DNA of 64,000 nt from Malacoraja senta (Eukaryota), in contig JAXLNO010000611.1 in NCBI GenBank assembly GCA_038087875.1, positions 1 through 64,000 on the forward strand. The letters run 5' to 3'. Below the pieces are notes generated by a model. The model was given only the letters and a program-made list of their open reading frames with translations. It was not told where the DNA came from and made no database searches. Shown here piece by piece: positions 60,701 through 64,000 of the stretch. A program made the position numbers and the translations under genes. Position 1 is the first letter of the stretch, and the number at the start of each line of letters is the position of its first letter.

Positions 60701-63700
60701 TGTCTCGTTTCCTGTGCTGAAATTTCGTCGCTTCATGCCTCCTGAAATTTCCTCGCTTTTCCCGTACTGAATTTACGTCGCTTTTGGCATTTTGAATTTT
60801 CATCGCCTTTCGCTGTCCTGCATTTTTGTCACTTTTCGTGTGCTGAATTTTTGTCGCTTTTCACGTCCTGAAATTTCGTTACTTTATGCGTCCTGAAGTT
60901 TCGTCGCTTTTCGCGTCCATTAATTTCATCGATTTATGCGTCCTGAAATTTCGTCGCTTTTGCATCCTGAATTTACAATGCTTTTGGCGTTTTGAATTTT
61001 TGTAGCCATTCGCGTCCTGAATTTTCGTCGCTTTTTGCGTGCAGAATTTTCGTTGCTTTTTGCATGCTGAATTTTCCTTGCTTTTCGCGTGCTGAAATTC
61101 CGTCACTTTTCCTGCGCTGAAATTTCATCGCGTATCGTGTGCTGAAATTTCGTCGCTTTATGCCTCCTGCAAATTCGTCGCTTTTCTCATCCTAAATTTA
61201 CGTCGCTTTTGGCATTTTGAATTTTCGCATCCTAAATTTTTCTCCGTTTTAGTATCCTGAAATTTCGTACCTTTTCGAATCCTCAATTTTCGTACTTCCG
61301 CAACCAGAATTTTCGTCCCTTTCTGCATCCTAAATGTTTGTCGCGTTTCACGTCCTGAATTTTCATATCTTTTCGCGTCCTGAATTTACGTACCTTTCAG
61401 CACCCTGAATTTTCGTCCCTTTCTGATGGCCTATATGTTTGTCGCATTTCATGTCCTCAATTTTCGTAACTTTTCGCCTCGTGAATTTTCAGCGCTTTTT
61501 CCATCCTGAAATTTAGTCGCCTTTCTCGTCCTGAATTTACGTCGCTTTTGGTGCTGTGGAATTTTCGTCTCCTTTCGCGTGCTGAATTTTTGTCGCATTT
61601 CGCGTGCTGAATTATTGTCGCTTTTCTCGTGCTGAATTTTCGTGGCTTTCCATGTGCTGAAATTTCATCACTTTTTGCCTCCTGAAATTTCTGCGCATTT
61701 TGTGTCCTAAAATTTCGTCGCTTTTTGCTTGCTGAATTTTCGTTCCTTTTTGCATGCTGAATTTTCGTTGCTTTTCTCATGCTTAATTTTTGTCACATTT
61801 CACATCCTGAAGGTTAGTCGCTTTTTGCATGCTGAATTTTCATTGCTTTTCGCGTGGTGAATTTTCGTCGCTTTACTTGTGCTGAAATTTAGTTGCTTTC
61901 TACGTCCTGAAATTTCATTGCATTTTGCGTCCTGAATTTTTGTCGCATTTCACGTCCTGAATTTATGTCACTTTTAGCGTCCTGAATTTCCATCGCTTAT
62001 TGCATCCTGAAGGTTCGTCGCTTTTTGTGTGCTGAATTTCTGTCGCTTTTTGCGTGCTGAATTTTCGTGGCTCTCCGTGTGTTGAAATTTCATCGCTTTT
62101 CGCCTCCTGAAATTTCATCGCATTTTGAGTCCTAAATTTTCGTCACTTTTTGCGTGCTGATTTTTCGTCGCTATTTGCATGCTGAATTTTCATTGCTTTT
62201 TGCATGCTGAATTTTCGTCACTATTCCTGTGCTGAAATTTCGTCGTTTTTCACAGGCTGAAATTCCGTCGCCTTTCGTGTCCTGAAATTTCGTCGCTTTA
62301 TGCATCCTGAAGTTTTGTCGCTTTTTGCGCCCTGAATTTACATCGCCTTTCGTGTGCTGAATTTTTGTCGCCTTACAAGTGCTGAATTTTCGTAACTTTA
62401 ATCATGATGAATTTTCGTTGCTTTTCGCGTGTTTCATTTACATCACTTTTCGCATCCTCAAGGTTCGGTCATTTTCTTGTGCTGAAATTTCGTCGGTTTT
62501 CATGTCCTGAAATTTAGTTGCATTTCGCATCTTGAATTTTTGTCGCATTTCACATCCTGAATTTTCGTCGCTTTTAGCGTCCTGAATTTTCGTCACTTTT
62601 CGCATCCTGAAAGTTCGTCGCTTTTCGCGTGCTGAATTTTCGACGTTTTTCGCAGGCTGAAATTTCGTCGCTTTTCGCGTTTTTAATTTTCGTCGCCTTT
62701 CGCGTCCTGAATTTTCGTCGCTTTTCGCGTGTTGAAGTTTCATCACTTTTCCTGTGCTGAAATTTCATCGCGTCTCGTGTGCTGAAATTTCGTCGTTTTT
62801 CACAGGCTGAAATTTCGTCGCCTTTCGCGTCCTGAAATTTCGTCGCTTTATGCGTCCTGAAGTTTTGTCGCTTTTCACGTCCTGAATTTACGTCGCCTTT
62901 CGTGTGCTGAATTTTTGTCACTTTATAAGTGCTGGATTTTCGTCAATTTAATCATGATGAATTTTCATTGCTTTTCACATGATTCATTTATATTGCATTT
63001 CACGTGCTTCATTTACATCACTTTTCGCATCCTGAAAGTTCGGTCATTTTCATGTGCTGAAATTTCGTCGGTTTTCACGTCTTGAAATTTAGTTGCATTA
63101 CGCATCCTGAAATTTTGTCGCATTTCACGTCCTGAATTTTCGTCGCTTTTAGCATCCTGAATTTTTGTCGCTTTTCGCATCCTGAAATTTCGTCACTTTT
63201 CGTGTGCTGAATTTTCGTCTCTTTTCACATGCTGAATGTTCGTCACTTTTCCTGTGCTGAAATTTCGTCGCGTATCGCGTGCTGAAATTTCGTCACTTTA
63301 TGTGTCCTGAAATTTAGTCGCTTTTCTCATCCGGAATTTACGTCGCTATTGGTGGTTTGAATTTTCGTCGCCTTTTGCGTCCTGAACTTTTGTCGCATTT
63401 TGCGTGCTGAATTTTCATCACTTTTCGCGTGCTGAATTTTCGTGGCTTTCTGTGTGCTGAAATTTCATCGCTTTTCGCCTCCTTAAATTTGATCGCATTT
63501 TGCATCTTAAAATTTAGTCGCTTTTCGCATCCTGAATTTATGTCGCTTTAGGCATTTTTAATTTTTTGTGCCTCTTGTGTCCTGAATTTTCGTCACTTTT
63601 CATGTGCTGGATTTTCGTCGCTTTTCTTGTGCTGAATTTTTGTCCCTTTTCGCGTCCTGAAGGTTTGTCGCTGATCGCGTGCTGAATTTTCGTTGCTTTT

Positions 63701-64000
63701 CACATTCTGAAATTTTGTCGCTTTATGCGTCCTGTAATTTCGTCACTTTTTGCGTCCTGAATTTACGTCGCTTTAGGCTTTTTGAATTTTCGGCGCCTTT
63801 CGCGTTCTGAATTTTCATCACTTTTCATGTGCTAAATTTTAATCACTTTTTGCATGCTGAATTTTCGTCGCCTTTTGTGTGCTGAATTTTCGGCGCTTTT
63901 CGTGTGCTGAAATTTCGTCTGTTTTCCCGTCCTGAATTTTAGTTGCATTTCGCGTCCTGAATTTTTGTAGCATTTCACGTCCTGAATTTTCGTCACTTTT
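45735..64000. repeat. Large satellite array, 25-bp monomer t(c/g)ctgaa(a/t)tttcgtcgcttttcgcg, with kilobase higher-order repeats
   Basis: Continuous for more than 18 kb to the window end; landmark variants recur at ~1955, ~3085 and 3365 bp offsets. Confidence 0.97.

Noticed and set aside
47108..62921. Many Lys/Arg-rich minus-strand ORFs
   Set aside because: Translations of the 25-bp satellite; useful only as higher-order repeat markers
45735..64000. CENP-B box in the satellite (frequent TTCG)
   Set aside because: I did not see the downstream A..CGGG part of the TTCGnnnnAnnCGGG core

Overview
This is eukaryotic, almost entirely repeat-derived vertebrate DNA. The CR1, HE1/V-SINE and Penelope families suggest a cartilaginous fish, probably a skate or ray (inference). 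I found no convincing host protein-coding exon, rRNA gene, tRNA gene or CRISPR array. Bases 1-7500 are a minus-strand class I (gamma/epsilon-like) endogenous retrovirus with a tRNA-Thr PBS, leader, gag, pro, pol and env. It is frameshifted, lacks a 5' LTR, and its 3' end runs off the window. Its pol carries an extra domain between protease and RT with two PHVT motifs, typical of a 2H phosphoesterase, and gag joins pro through an in-frame UGA. Bases 7.5-45.7 kb are nested retroelements: two full-length Rex1/Babar-type LINEs with target-site duplications, many CR1 pieces, two Gypsy elements (one with both LTRs, PBS, PPT and a 5-bp TSD), a BEL/Pao gag remnant, an RTE-BovB fragment, Penelope remnants with minimal hammerhead-ribozyme motifs, SINEs and several minisatellites. 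Bases 45.7-64 kb are a CpG-rich 25-bp satellite with kilobase higher-order repeats that change register near 56 kb, suggesting the edge of a heterochromatic or pericentromeric block. Coordinates were counted by eye and element boundaries are approximate unless a TSD or LTR end is quoted.
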